A stretch of DNA of 64,000 nucleotides. Source: Pristiophorus japonicus. Lineage: Eukaryota. The notes under the pieces were generated by a model. The model had not been told where the DNA came from. It did no database searches and was given only the letters and a program-made list of their open reading frames with translations. Shown here piece by piece: positions 1 through 12,715 of the stretch. The stretch spans positions 66,712,001-66,776,000 of the forward strand of contig NC_091983.1 of assembly GCF_044704955.1 (NCBI RefSeq), given 5' to 3'. Each line of letters opens with the position of its first letter. The stretch's first letter is position 1. The position numbers and the translations under genes were made by a program.

Positions 1-380
1 GGCCTCGAGCAGGCAGCCTGGCACCCCCTCTTGGGTGCCAGGCCGCTGGCCCGGCCAAAACCCACCCTGGTGGAACAGTGGGCCTAACTTAACAGTATGC
101 AGAGCTCGCAGTGGGTCTCCCCTGTCACCGAAGGGGAGAGACGCTGACGGCATCAGTGACGTGCCGACTCATCAGTGCACCTCTGATGACTGGTCAGGGT
201 GGCAGACCCGCTGCAAGGGCACTTCCGCCCCTCAGCCGCCACAACTTCCGCCCAAAGCCCCCCAAAAAAGTCGGTGATGAATATCGATGGCACTTCCGCC
301 GCATGGGTTGCGGTGGAGAAAAACTTTTAAAAAAAAACGGTGGGTGCGCCCCATTTCAGGCGGAGGTTAATTTCTACCCC
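1..380. mobile_element. Right part of a GC-rich Harbinger-type MITE (truncated by the window edge)
   Basis: Ends in aatttctacccc, like the TIRs of the 32959 and 55732 elements; shares the internal cagcctggcacccc motif. Confidence 0.6.
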
Positions 381-794
381 CAAAGTGTTTTGCACTGCGC
401 TTTCATGAGTTGAAAATTCTAATTATATCTGTAATTTAGCTCGGGGAAGAGAGCTTTAATGTAGATTTCATTAGTCAAAATTAGTTTTTAATTCAGTAGT
501 GGTGTTTTGAATTATTATTGTTTACATGCAGCCCTTTGGCTCTACCATATGCAACTAAGTAACCCACCAAGACAAAAAGTTTGGCCACGTTTGACTTATT
601 GCATGCTCTATTGCATTTGAACTTCTGTACATGAGACACAATCTTCCATGCAACAACCCTATCTGGGAGTGCTCTGCAGGGGAAGCAGAAGGTGGAGATT
701 TTATGACTGTTATTTTATAATCATCATTTTTGGACCAATACAGAATATTGAACCAATTGCAGCAGCAGCTTTTGCATTTCCAGCACCATTCATT

Positions 795-2690
795 TTAGAA
801 TAATAGAAATTTACGGCATAGAAGGAAGCCATGCAGCCCATTGTGTCTGTCCGGCCGAAAAACAGCTATCCAGCCTAATCCCACTTTCCAGTTCTTGGTC
901 CGTAGCCTTGTACGTTACACACTTCAAATGGATATCCAAGTACTTTTTAAATGGGAGGAGCATTTATGCCTATACCACCCTTTCAAGCAGTGAGCCCCAG
1001 ACCCCTTTCACCCCTTGGGAGAAAAAAGGTTCTCCTCAATTCTCCTCTTATCCTTCTACCAATTACTTTAAATCTATGCCCTTTGGTTATTGACCTATCT
1101 GCTAAGGGAAATAAGTCCTTCCTATCTTCCCTATCTAGTCCCTTCATAATTTTATACACCTCAATTAAGTCTCCCCTCAGCCTCCTCTGTTCCAAAAAAA
1201 ACTCCAGCCTATCCAATCTTTCCTCATAGCTGAAATTCTCCAGTCCTGGCAACATCCCCATAAATCTCCTCTGTACCCTCTCTAGTGAAATCACATCTTT
1301 CCTGTAATATGGTGACCAGAACTATACATAGTACTCTAGCATTGGCATAACTAGTGTTTTATACAGTTCAAGCATAACCTCCCTGCTCTTATATTCTATG
1401 CCTCGGCTAATAAAGGAAAATATCCCATATGCCTTCTTAACCACCTTATCTACCTGTCCTGTTACCTTCAGGATCTGTGGACATGTACTCCAAGGTCCAT
1501 CTGTTCCTCGACACTTCTCAGTATCCTACCATTTATTGTGTATCCCTTTGCCTTGTTAGCATCCCCCCCCCCCCCCCCCAAATGCATTACCTCACACTTC
1601 TCTGGATTGAAATCCATTTGTCGTTTTTCTGCCCACCTGACCAGCTCATTAATATATTCCCTCAGCCGACAACTTTCTTCCTTACTATCAACCACACGGC
1701 CAATTTTTCTATCATCTGCAAACTTCTTAATCATGGCCTCTACATTGACGTCTAAATCATTGATATATATCACAAAAAGCAAGGGACCAAGTACTGAGTC
1801 CTGTGAAACCCCACTGGAAACAGCTTTCTAGTCACAAAAACACCCGTCGATCATTATCCATTGCTTCCTGCCACTGAGCCAATTTTGGATCCAGCTTGCC
1901 ACTTTACCTCAGATCCCATGGGCTTTTAACTTTTTGAACCAATCTGCCATGTGGGACCTTGTCAAAAGCCTTGCTAAAGTCCACGTAGACTACATCAAAT
2001 GTGCTACTCTCATCGACCCTCCTTGTTACCTTTTCATTCAGTCAAGTTAGTCAGACACGACCTTCCTTCAACAAATTCATGCTGACTGCCCTTGTTTAAT
2101 CCATGCCTTTCTAAATGACAATTAATGCTGTCCCTCAGAATTTTTTCCAATAATCTGCCCACCACCGAGGTTAGGCTGACTGTCCTGTAATTACTCGGTC
2201 TATCCCTTTCTCATTTTTTAAATAACGGTACAACATTAGCAGTCCTCCGGCACCATATCTGTAGCCAAAGAGGATTGGGAAATGATGGTCAGAGCTTCTG
2301 CTATTTCCTTCCTTGCTTCTCTTAACAACCTGGGACTGGTGATTTATCTACTTTCAAAGATGCTAAACTCCTTAATATTTTCTCTCTCACTATGTTTTAT
2401 CTCATTCAATATTTCACACTCCTCCTCAACTACAATGTCTGCCTCATCCCTCGCTTTTGTGAATACGGACAAAGTATTCATTAAGGACCACACCCACGTC
2501 TTCCGCCTCCAAACACAGATTACCTTTTTGGTCTCTATTACAGGCCCTACTCTTTCTGTGGTTATCCTCTTGCTCTTTATGTATTTATAAAATATCTTTG
2601 GGTTTTCTTCATTTTACTTGCCAAAATTTTTATCATGCCTTCACTTTGCTTTCCTAATTTTCTTTTTACTTTCACCCTTGCATTTTCTAT
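795..2690 (-). mobile_element. CR1 LINE, 5'-truncated, decayed
   Basis: ORF fragments LFVIYINDLD, KFADD, LERVQRRF, RRLRGDLIEVYKIM; CR1-type 3' tail near 795. Confidence 0.9.
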
Positions 2691-2791
2691 ACTATTAGCA
2701 GCTACACCAGTCATAATCTTAATATACAGACATTTTTAAAAAACCCTCAAATATTAATGCCAAACAAATATAAAATGAATTTATAGATTAC

Positions 2792-3009
2792 CTGGCCAAA
2801 TCCATGCAATTATCAGTCAAGGTGGCCGATGAGTCAAAGTACTCTCTGGCAGCAGCAAGAACCAATTTGATGCTTTTCTCATAGTTAACCTTGCTTCTGG
2901 AAGCAGCACTAACTGGCGGGTCGACGGATATACTGTTGCAGTGCATCATTTGCCCAGCTAAGCGGATATTATCCAAACGACTAGAACATAGTAGGCTCTC
3001 AGTGAATAT
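2792..3009 (-). CDS. NBAS: NBAS exon (last in window), IFTESLLCSSRLDNIRLAGQMMHC...EYFDSSATLTDNCMDLA
   Basis: tttttag acceptor, AG|gtaatc donor; 218 nt; IFTESLLCSSRL and SIxLVLAAxREYF motifs. Confidence 0.96.
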
Positions 3010-4734
3010 CTAAAAATTGAAACATCTGGTCACGTTAAGGATTCTGGTTCCAAGAGGCAGACATTCAGAACGTTTTACCAAGGGTACAGATACTAACACT
3101 TAATCTTAAAACCGGCAAGTACCCATTTAGATCATTTTATCAGTTAGACTAAGGCATAAGAACATGAATGCAATGTAAAGAAGTTGGCATTAGGGTTAAT
3201 CTCATGTTCCTAATAACAAATATTTCCAACAATGCAACCGAGCCTTCAATTTCTTTTGTGTAGCGAGACCAAAATTACCTAATTTATTTATTAAAAATGG
3301 ATGAGTGGCAGCAACATTTTATTCAAATTGTGCCTGTAGATAGCGCTGGGAGTCTCACGTTAAGTGACTTATTAAGAAAAGTGGAGTTCCCCCCAACTTT
3401 ACTTGACAGGCAGTTCAACTCTCACTCCTCACCATACATTTGGAAGTGGCAATTACCTTTATTATTTTCAAGGCTCTTTCGTCAAATGTTGTCTGAAACC
3501 TTCCAGTCAGCTTAAAATTTTATCTAACCACCAAATAATTGAGACCCTAATATCCCTGAAGACAATTTTTCAGTTAAGGTGGCAAATGGCAGAAGGAAGA
3601 ACCTTCAGAACTGAAACTGCATTTAAATGGCCCCAACACAAACTCCACTAAACTTCAAAAACACTACTGAGATCATGAAGCACTGGGGAAAAACTCCCAG
3701 ATGTGTGTTCCAAAGAAAATTGCTACCTCATAACAGCACAACTCCCTTCTGAGATCAACTACCCGTGATAAGGAACGGTTCTCGCTCCCTAAATTCCCAC
3801 CTCCTCCATGTTAAGAAACCAGTTGACACCGCCTCTGCCCCATCAAGTATCACTTCCAACACCCTTTCCCTACCTCGCCACTGATGAGCAATTCTAACAC
3901 ACACCCCAACTGAGAAAGGATTTACATGCTCCCTTCCCCATATGATGAGCTATCTCATGCCTCTCTTTCGCCCCTGGGCCTTTCTCCTCCTCTTTGACTG
4001 AGAAGCAATTCTGGCCTCAGATGAAAACCTTCCCCAGTCCAATACTAAGGCCGGTCTCTCCCAGCTCCTACACTGAATCAAAGATTAATGCTCTGTTTGC
4101 CACATTGAAAAGAAAACCACTCCTTCCTGCCACCCCCAACCCCTCCTCATTCTTGACCTCTCAGCCATTAGAAACAGTCTGTTTTTACCCCCCCTATTCC
4201 AATCCCTTTATAATTTCATGTCTATTTTCATCCACCCTGTTCCATTGCTTCATAATTTTAAACACTCTGTAATCTCCTCTAATGAAAACAGCCGTGCCTA
4301 TTGCTGTTATCTAAATAATTTACCTCAGCAATCTTTGTTATTTCTGGTGATGCCATTTACAAGCGCAGTGAAACATTGAATCTTACTTTCTGTCCTATTT
4401 ATCTTGTAACTTGTTTCATTTTATTCCTTTTAATATATCTGGACCTGGCAGTCTATAAGCTTTCCTGATGCATTTCCTAATAGAATTTTGAGAATGACAT
4501 TAATATTTGTGACACTTCTGAAGATGGAGTTTTTGGAGTTTTACTTATTTTAGGTTGGACATTAGTGTTGCTGCATTGAACTCCAATTACAGGAGCCAGG
4601 GAGTGAGGAAAACAATTGTCCATAGTAGAAACAGATTTGCTTTAATATTTTTATTCCATAAAGGTGGACCATTAATTGACTTAAAGATTTGACTGTGATT
4701 CGGTCTTTCTTTAACTGCATGGTCCCAGAGCATG

Positions 4735-4888
4735 TTTTAACCAATAAGGGAATAAGGGGTTATGGGGAGCGTGCAGAGAAGTGGACCGGAGTCCAAGGTC
4801 GGATCAGCCATGATCGTATTAAATGGCGGAGCAAGCTCGAGGGGCCGTATGGACTACTCCTGTTCCTATTTCTTATGTTCTTATGTTT
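4735..4888 (+). mobile_element. CR1 3'-end fragment
   Basis: KGIRGYGERA followed by ctactcctgttcctatttcttatgttcttatg tail. Confidence 0.8.
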
Positions 4889-5137
4889 AGACCTTTGTGC
4901 ACTTTTGCAAGTCATTTTTGTCTAACATAGAAGTCGCAGCACCGAAACAGGACAACTGGTCTATTTATGCTCCACACGAGCTTCCTCCCACCCTACTTAG
5001 TCTAACCCCATCTGTATATCCTTTTATTCCTTTCTCCCTCATGTGCTTATCTAGCTTCCACTTAAATGCATCGATGCTAGTCCCCTCAACTGCTCTTTGT
5101 GGTTGCGAGTTCCACATTCTAACCACTCTCTGGGTAA

Positions 5138-5937
5138 ACATTGGGAAGACTGAAGTCATTGTCTTCGGTCCCCACCACAAACTCCGTTCCCTAGCCACCG
5201 ACTCCATTCTTCTCCCGAGAATTTGTCTGAGGCTGAACAAGACTTTTTGCAACCTTTCGACCTGAAATAAGCTTCCAACCACATATCTGCGCCATAACTA
5301 AGACGGCTATTTCCACCTCCATATCACCCGTTTCCGCCCCTGCTTCAGCTCATCTGTTGCTGAAACCCTCATCCAAGCCTTTGTTACCTCTCGACTTGAT
5401 TATTCAAATGCATTCTACCCCACATAAATTTGAGATCATCCAAAACGGGCCTGTGTCCTAACTTGCACCAAGGCCCGTTCATCAACACCTTTGTGCTCGC
5501 TGATCTACATTGGTTCCCGGTTAAACAACGCCTCGATTTAAAAATTCTCATTCTTGTTATCAAATCCCTTCATGGCCTCATCCCTCCTGATCGCTAATCT
5601 CTTCCAGCCCCACAACTCCTCCTCCCGACCCCTGAGAAATTCGCACTTCTCTAATGCTGCCCTATTGAACATCCCTGATTTTAATCGCTCAACCATTGGT
5701 GGTCGTGCCTCCAGCTACCTCGGCACTAAACTCTGGAATTCCTTCCCTAAATCTACCTCTCTTTCCTCTTTTAAGACGCTCCTAAAAACCTACCTCTTTG
5801 ACCAAGCTTTTGGTCATCTGCCCCAATTTCTCCTTATGTGGCTCGTTGTCAAATTTTTTGTCTTTTAACACTGCTGAGAAGCATCTTGGGACATTTTACT
5901 ACATTAAAGGCGCTATATAAATACAAGTTATTGTTGT
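5138..5937 (+). mobile_element. L2 LINE 3' fragment
   Basis: NIGKTEVIVFG, FVTSRLDYSN, LWNS..SSFKTLLKTYLF; tail gcgctatataaatacaagttattgttg. Confidence 0.85.
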
Positions 5938-6567
5938 AAAGAAGCTTCTTCTGAATAGTTCATTGGTTTTATTAGTGCCTATTTTACATTTATGACCCCT
6001 TGTTCTGGGCACCTCCACAAGTGGAAACATCTTCTCTATGCCTACCTTATCGAATCCCTTCATAATTTTAAAGAACTCTATTAGGTCAGCCCCCTGCCTT
6101 CCCTTTTCTAAAGAAAAGAGCCCCAGCTTGTTCAGTTTTTTCTGATCGTTAGAACCTCTCGGTCCATATTGTCGTAAATCTTTTTTCCACCCGCTCTAGT
6201 GCCTCTTTGACCTTTTTGTAATATGGAGACCAGAATGATATACAGTACTCTACATGTGGTTTAACCAAGGTTTTATTCAAGTTCAAGATAACTTCTCTGC
6301 TTTTCAATTATATTCCTCTAGAAACGAACCCCAGTGCTTTGGTTGCATTTTTATGGCCTTATTAACTTGAGTTGCTACTTTTAATGATTTGTGAATGTGT
6401 ACCCCTAGATCCCTTTGCTCCTCTACTCCAAGAAGTATGTGACCTCCTTATTTCTCCAACCAAAATGCACTACCTCACACTTACCTATATTAAAATAAAT
6501 TTCCCATTTACACACCCATTTTGCACGTTTATTATCATCTCGTATTTTGTCACAGTTCTCAGTATTA

Positions 6568-7151
6568 TCATCATAGGCAGTCCCTCAAATCGAGGATGAC
6601 TTGTTTCCACACCAAAAAGTTCACAGGTATTTCAATGAAGGACCTAATATTCCAGGTCCCGAACTAAATCTTGAAAGATGGAAGATGCCTGTGGGTGGAT
6701 TTTTGTAACGTGTGGTGGCCGTTGTACATCAACCACCACATGGGCTTAACAGAGCTAGGTCTTGGTCCAGTAGCAATGATTAACCAAGACAACTGGGGAC
6801 CAGCGCTGCTGCAGAGACCTAGTCCGCACACATATCGCAGTGTGGGCTGGCCTGTGCTGCCCCTGGGCCCTCTCCTCTTCTGGGCCCCGAACTCTGGCCT
6901 CTCCTGGGCCCCGATCAGGTCCCTCTACAATCTCTCGCCACTCTCTCGCCCTAACCTCGCCGCTCCTGCTGTACCTGCCCACGCTCTAATCATCAACTTG
7001 GATCTTGGTGATGTCCAATCCAGTCGCCTTCTTCACTGACGTCGCTCTCCTGCTCCAGCACGTGCTGTTCCTTGGAGCGGTACGCTGCCACGCTGCTCCT
7101 TCCGCTCCCCGGCCTGCTCCGATGGTACTTGCAGGCCGGGGGGCATGCAGA
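6568..7151 (-). mobile_element. Bipartite non-autonomous RTE derivative (5'UTR joined to 3' end)
   Basis: 10-bp TSD ctcagtatta (6558-6567 and 7152-7161); similar to both the 5'UTR (16560-16705) and the 3' end (19735-19780) of the RTE in this window. Confidence 0.8.
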
Positions 7152-9400
7152 CTCAGTATTAGTTATACCCCCAATTTGGTATCAGCCGCAAATTTTGAAA
7201 TTGTACTTCTGATTCCCGAATCAAAATCGTTCATGTAAATGGTGAATAGCAGTAGTTTCAGCATCGATCCTTGTGGAACACCTCTTCGCAACTTTTGCTA
7301 GCATGAGTAACTACCTTTAACCCCATCTCTCTTGTTTTCTGTTTTAAAGCCAGCTTGCTATCCATTCTACTAGTTGTCCCCTGACTCCATGTTTACTATG
7401 GCACCTTATCAAAGGCCTTTTGAAAATCCAAATATATGTCTACTACGTTACCGTTGTCTACTCTTTGATACTTCTTCAAAGAATTCAGTTAGGTTAAGCA
7501 TGATCTTCCCTTTTGAAATCCGTGCTGACTATTCTTTATTATATTTTTGGTTTCTAGATGTTTTTCTATTACATTTTTGAGTAAAGATTCCATTATCTTT
7601 CCTACCACTGGCATTAAGTTAACTAGTCTATATTTCCCTGGACTTGCTTTATCTCCCTTTTTAAATATAGGAATAACATTAGCTGTGTGCCAGTCCTCTG
7701 GGACTATTCAGTTTCCTAATTAATTTTTAGAAATATATAATAGTGCCTCTATTATCTCTTCCCAAGCTTCTTTTAATATGTGTGGATGCAATCTATTTGG
7801 ACATGGGTTTTTATCCTCTCTAAGTTTAACTAGTTCACCAATCATCTTTTTCCTTTCTATCATAAATGGCTTGACATCTTTTGTGATCTCTTCTTCTAAT
7901 GTCTTGTCCACCCAGGTAGTCTCCCTGGTAAATACTGAAGCAAAGTAATTATTCAACATTTCTGTCATTTTGCTGTCATTACCTATGAGTTTATCTTATG
8001 TATTCCTTAGTGGCCCATATCCCCATTTACCTTTTGTTATTTATGTGCCTGTCAAATACTTTATTATTTCTTTTTATATTCCTTGATAACTTAATTTTGC
8101 TATTCCTCTTTGCTTGCCTATTCTTTTTTTCTTCTTTCCGAACATCTTCATATTTCCTTTTGTCATCCTCTCCTCCTTTTTCTTTAGTTTCAATTTTGTT
8201 CTTGGTTTTTAGTGGAATATATTCCTCCTGAACTCTATTGATCACCTTTTAAAATATTTCCTACTGCTGTTCTCTGTCAATTTTTTTCCAGTTTCTCTTC
8301 GAATTCCATTCTCATTCCCTCAAAATTAGCTTTTTTCCAATCTATTATTTAGATCTTTGTTTTCATTATGTCTTTCTCAATCATTATTTTAAGGCTTTTT
8401 CTTTTTTATTGTAAATGTAGCATCTTTTCCAGTTGAATGTTTACAAGGGAACCAATTATGAGTATCAACACTATCTAAAATGGTATACTTCAAATGCAAT
8501 TGCTGCATTCAGTCAAGTTAAATGTTTTGCAGAGAAACCAAATGAACTAGTGCCAACACTACTTGAAACTGTGTTCCTCAAAAATGCCTTCTGAATTTCA
8601 AAATGACTTTCTATTGTACAGAATGTTTCCAGACCATATTTTGTATATATTTACTTGATCAATTGAAGGTTTAACACCTTAGTTGTTCTTCAGATAAAAG
8701 GGATTATATAGCTGTAGAAATGCAGGTTAGTTTGCTTACCTTCAGCATGATAGTCGGCATTCTTTGAATGGAAACAATCGTCCACATACAAACGAACTTA
8801 TCATTTAAACTATAGAGATCATAAAACATTTTTTTTCTTAGGAATTTTTATTCTGATGATTTCTCCCAGCCGACAATGTACATAGAGTCTCATTACATTC
8901 ACTTCTTAGTTTTTTTTTAAAGCTGCAGTGAAACCAACGAATTGCAATGAGACCCATACAACCAAACACACAAACTTCCAGGAGACACAATCATGAGGGA
9001 AGATTGGTGGAGCATGAGAGTGAAGAATACTATGTCACTAAGGTCCATGATATTGCTTTACTCAGCCAGCTAAATATTTTAATGCAATTCAATTTGGATA
9101 CATAAATGAATAGGTTGCTCCCTAAACAGATACCATTAAAGAATCTGGCACCAAGTAATTGCCATGTGGCCATATGGTCCTCCTTAAAATCTCACTGACC
9201 AAAAATCAATGTTCTGGTATCACCACTTCTTCTGAAGGAGGCATCAAACATAACGTGAATTGGTGCAGAGAAAAGAAACAAACACAAAACAAAAGCTAAG
9301 TTTCACTGTTCAAAAGGGAAATGGAAATTGTTTAACATTTAAAAGAATGATGAAAATATACAAAAGTTTGCAAATAAACATGATCGATCTTACTTATTAT

Positions 9401-10370
9401 GGGCTCAAAATTGGCCAGGAGTTGCTGTTTTTTTTTGGAGCAACTTGATTTTTCTGGAGTATCTTAAAAATCCCCATTTTGCACAATCAATTTGCGCCAG
9501 TGTAAGTGAGTTAGTTAGGATTTTTTTTAGTTTAGTTTTTTTTTCAAAAAGGGGGCGTTACCAGCCACCTACGCCTGTTTTGTCCATTTAAGCCAGTTTG
9601 GGAAGCTAATAGTTGCTCCAAACTAACTTAGGCCAGCGTATGTGGTCACTTGTGGCCGCACAGAAAACCCTTGTGGAGAATTCAGCGCAGGTAGGTACAT
9701 CTGAGACCATTCGACCAGAGATAGGGGCGGGAAGGGAAGCGGAGAGGATGTTGCAAAGCAGTAAACAAAGCACAACAACATTCAAGCATAAAAACATTCA
9801 AGAAGAAATAAAAAATAAAACTAAGTCCCATCTTCTTATCAAAACTCGGCCCGGGAAGTCAGTGGGCCGGCCGGTGCGGGAGGCCACTCGGCCGGGGTAG
9901 GTGCGGGACGTTGGGGAGAGCAAAGGTCGCCAACATCCAAGCAGAAAATTACTTCTAAGATAAACTGCCAACCTGCCAAAGGAGATGTGGAACCTCTACT
10001 TCCACTGGATATTTCACTGTCTGTCTCTCTCTCTCTCTCTCTCTCTGACTCACTCTCTCACTATTTCAGCGAACGTCGTGAGGCCACTCGGCCTGGGATA
10101 GGGGTGGCAGCACAAACACAGAGGCTGGGGGCAGGAGCTATTGTGCGCACATGAAACCTCCAATGCGCATGTGGAGAGCTGCCAGCACTGTTATTCGCGC
10201 AGGGCCCTAGCTCCGCCCCCTAATTGACAGACCATGCCACACTAAGCCATGGGACAGGCCACAGAGCTGCCAGAATCCAGAGGCATCTTTTCGGTGCTGT
10301 TTTCAGCTCACAAAGTCGGCGCATCTCTGATGAGTGCGCCGAAAAAAATAGGTGGGCCAATTTTGAGTCC
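9401..10370 (+). mobile_element. Harbinger-type MITE, gggctcaaaattgg family, with internal filler
   Basis: TIR gggctcaaaattggcc / ggccaattttgagtcc; the first 270 bp are similar to the 40682, 42505 and 53818 copies. Confidence 0.8.
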
Positions 10371-10683
10371 TTAATCTCCACATACAAATAAACAAAGTAA
10401 AATCCACAAAGTGGGAGTGTGTGATGGGGGAAGTCAATAGAACAGCATCCCGCCTGATTTTCCATCCCACCTGCCCCAGATACACCTGAAATCAGGTGGA
10501 ATGGAAAAGGAAGATCCTGTCTGCAAAGCGCAAGTACCGATTTGATTGAGATTTAATTTCAGGTCACTCAATCATAAAGCTCTGTAGTAAAACTTCTCTT
10601 CACCTTCAGAATGTTTTAACTTTTGAAAAGGTCCCCGTCATTTCCAGATTCTGACTGGGCAAGTACCTACTGGAGTGCTTTAC

Positions 10684-10786
10684 CTCAGAGCAGATATTGA
10701 AGTCCAGGCAGTTGTAAACCGTGCGTTGCATTTCCAACAGGTCTTGCAGTAAGCCTCTCCACTCACTCTCATTTACAGGTGGATTC
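10684..10786 (-). CDS. NBAS: NBAS exon, NPPVNESEWRGLLQDLLEMQRTVYNCLDFNICSE
   Basis: cccag acceptor, GAG|gtaaag donor; 103 nt, phase 2-0. Confidence 0.93.
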
Positions 10787-11089
10787 CTGGGTGCACAATA
10801 CAAGACAGTCTAAAATTACAATATCCTTTATTTTAGAAGATTAATTACTGATCACATGCAAAAAGGAGCATTGGCCTCATTTTCTCCTCTTTGTGGCTAT
10901 ATTGGGCACAACGTTGCCAAAGTCAGAACTGGCTTCACCTCAAATGGGAATTGTCACTCACCCCTTGTATTATAATGAACTGTAATATTCCAGTGACCAT
11001 GTGATACAGAAGGGCACTGAGCTTTGTTATCCATCTCAGTGGGATACTCTCACTTGACTCCACTCTGACCTATCCAATCGTAACCAGAG

Positions 11090-11720
11090 TACCTTCAACA
11101 TTGGCTTCTCCTCCCAGCCCCGCACTGTTACTTCTGGAATCCCTCACCTTTTCCTCGTTTCCATGACATCCCTTGACATTGTTATCTGAAGACGTGGTCT
11201 CAACTTCCACATGTACACTGGCAACACCGCTCTACCTCTCCACCACCTCTCATGACCTCACCACTGCCTCTGTGTTGTCAGACTGCTTTCTCAACACCCA
11301 GTCTTGGATGAGCTGTAATTTGCTCCAGTTAAACAGTTGGAGGACCAAGCCATCGTCTTCAGCCCCCTGCATGAACTTTGTTCCCTTGCCACCGATTCCA
11401 TACCTCTCCCCGGCCTCTGTCTTGGTTTGAGCCAGTCTTTTCACAGCCTTGGCATCCTATTTGACCTCAATCCCATAAACTCTCCTACAAAAACTGCCTA
11501 CTTCCACTTGCGCAACATCCCCAGCCGACCACTGCCTCAGCCCATCTGTTGTTGAAACACTCATTCGTGCTTTTGTCACCACCAGGTTCAACTGTTCCAA
11601 TGATCTCCTGGCTATCTCCCATCCTCCAGCCTCCATAAATTTCAACTCATCCAAAACTCCACTGTCCAAATTAAATCAAACACCAAGTCCCACTCATACA
11701 TCACCTCTGCTTTTCCTGAC
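11090..11720 (+). mobile_element. Old L2 fragment
   Basis: Degenerate DTQLYLS, SWMSCNLLQLN, TAYFHLRNI motifs. Confidence 0.7.
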
Positions 11721-12082
11721 CTATAAATCTACATGGGTAGAGTTTCTGTTTGCCAGTCACAGATCACACTCTCTCCCTGTAGGGACATAGCCCATTTACC
11801 GAAGTGCAGAGAGCTTAGACACAGCTTGGCCAAGAGCCAAGGATTAGGGACCTCCAACCTTAATCAGCTAAGTTATGCCGTTTACCAGCACCAAGAACTG
11901 GAAAACTTTGAAGTGACTCATCAATCAGTTAGGCATGGTTTGTAGGGTTATCTGAAGTAAGTGGGAAAAATTCCAACTCCCACAGATCTATTCCTCAAGG
12001 TGAGTTAATGGGTCAGGCTAGCTGGTTATTGAACACTACTGTTGAGTACTGTGGACCTAACTGTCTTAGTTACAGGATTATA

Positions 12083-12685
12083 GGGCTGCATTTTTGGGTT
12101 GTTTGTGACTAGGTTTTCGTCACATTTTGACCCTCTACAACGAAAAATGGGGCGGTCAGCTGTTTTTGTCCGGGCGCGATCCTTGTGTTGGTTTTTGCGA
12201 CGGCACTTAGAAGCACCGCCGGGGAGCGCTGCACCGGGTGTGCAATGGCTCGCATTGCGACACAAGTTTCATCAATCACCCAACCTGTACGCCGCGAAAC
12301 GCACCCCACCAATGACTGCCAGGGAAAACACAGTAGTGCAGCCTTGCCGGCAGCGGTGACTTGGATAAACTGTAAAAAAGGTACATGAAAGTTTTTATTT
12401 TTTTATATTTTTGCAGCAATTTGTGTGGTAAGGGTGTTGTCAATGTTTTTGAAAGTTTTTGTGAATTTTTTTTCCCCCTCTCAAGGCCTCTCTCGGAGCG
12501 CTCCCGGTCCCGCACTAAAGTTGGCGAGGATTCCGTTTTTGTGCCACAAAATTAGTACAACGCCTCCCTTTGCAAGGCCCAAATGACGAAATTTTCTTCG
12601 CAAAGCGCAAACGTTAATCAGGTGGTAAATTTCCCGCCCCGCCTCTGTTTTCACCGCGAAAACGGCAAAGCCGAAAATCCAGCCC
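12083..12685. mobile_element. Harbinger-type MITE
   Basis: TIR gggctgcatttttgg / ccgaaaatccagccc; flanks ata / atc. Confidence 0.7.
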
Positions 12686-12715
12686 ATCGTATCTGCCACA
12701 GAGAGTTGACTTGAC

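Larger units (their letters stand above)
4922..8390 (-). mobile_element. Old CR1 LINE interrupted by an L2 fragment and an RTE derivative
   Basis: TQRVVRMWNS, MLNNYFASVFT and LHPHILKE fragments; the sequence resumes across both insertions. Confidence 0.8.

Noticed and set aside
8740-8809. Possible 70-nt cryptic exon on the minus strand (ctatag ... AAG|gtaagc)
   Set aside because: Weak polypyrimidine tract, immediate stop, no NBAS similarity; the flanking exons already join in frame.
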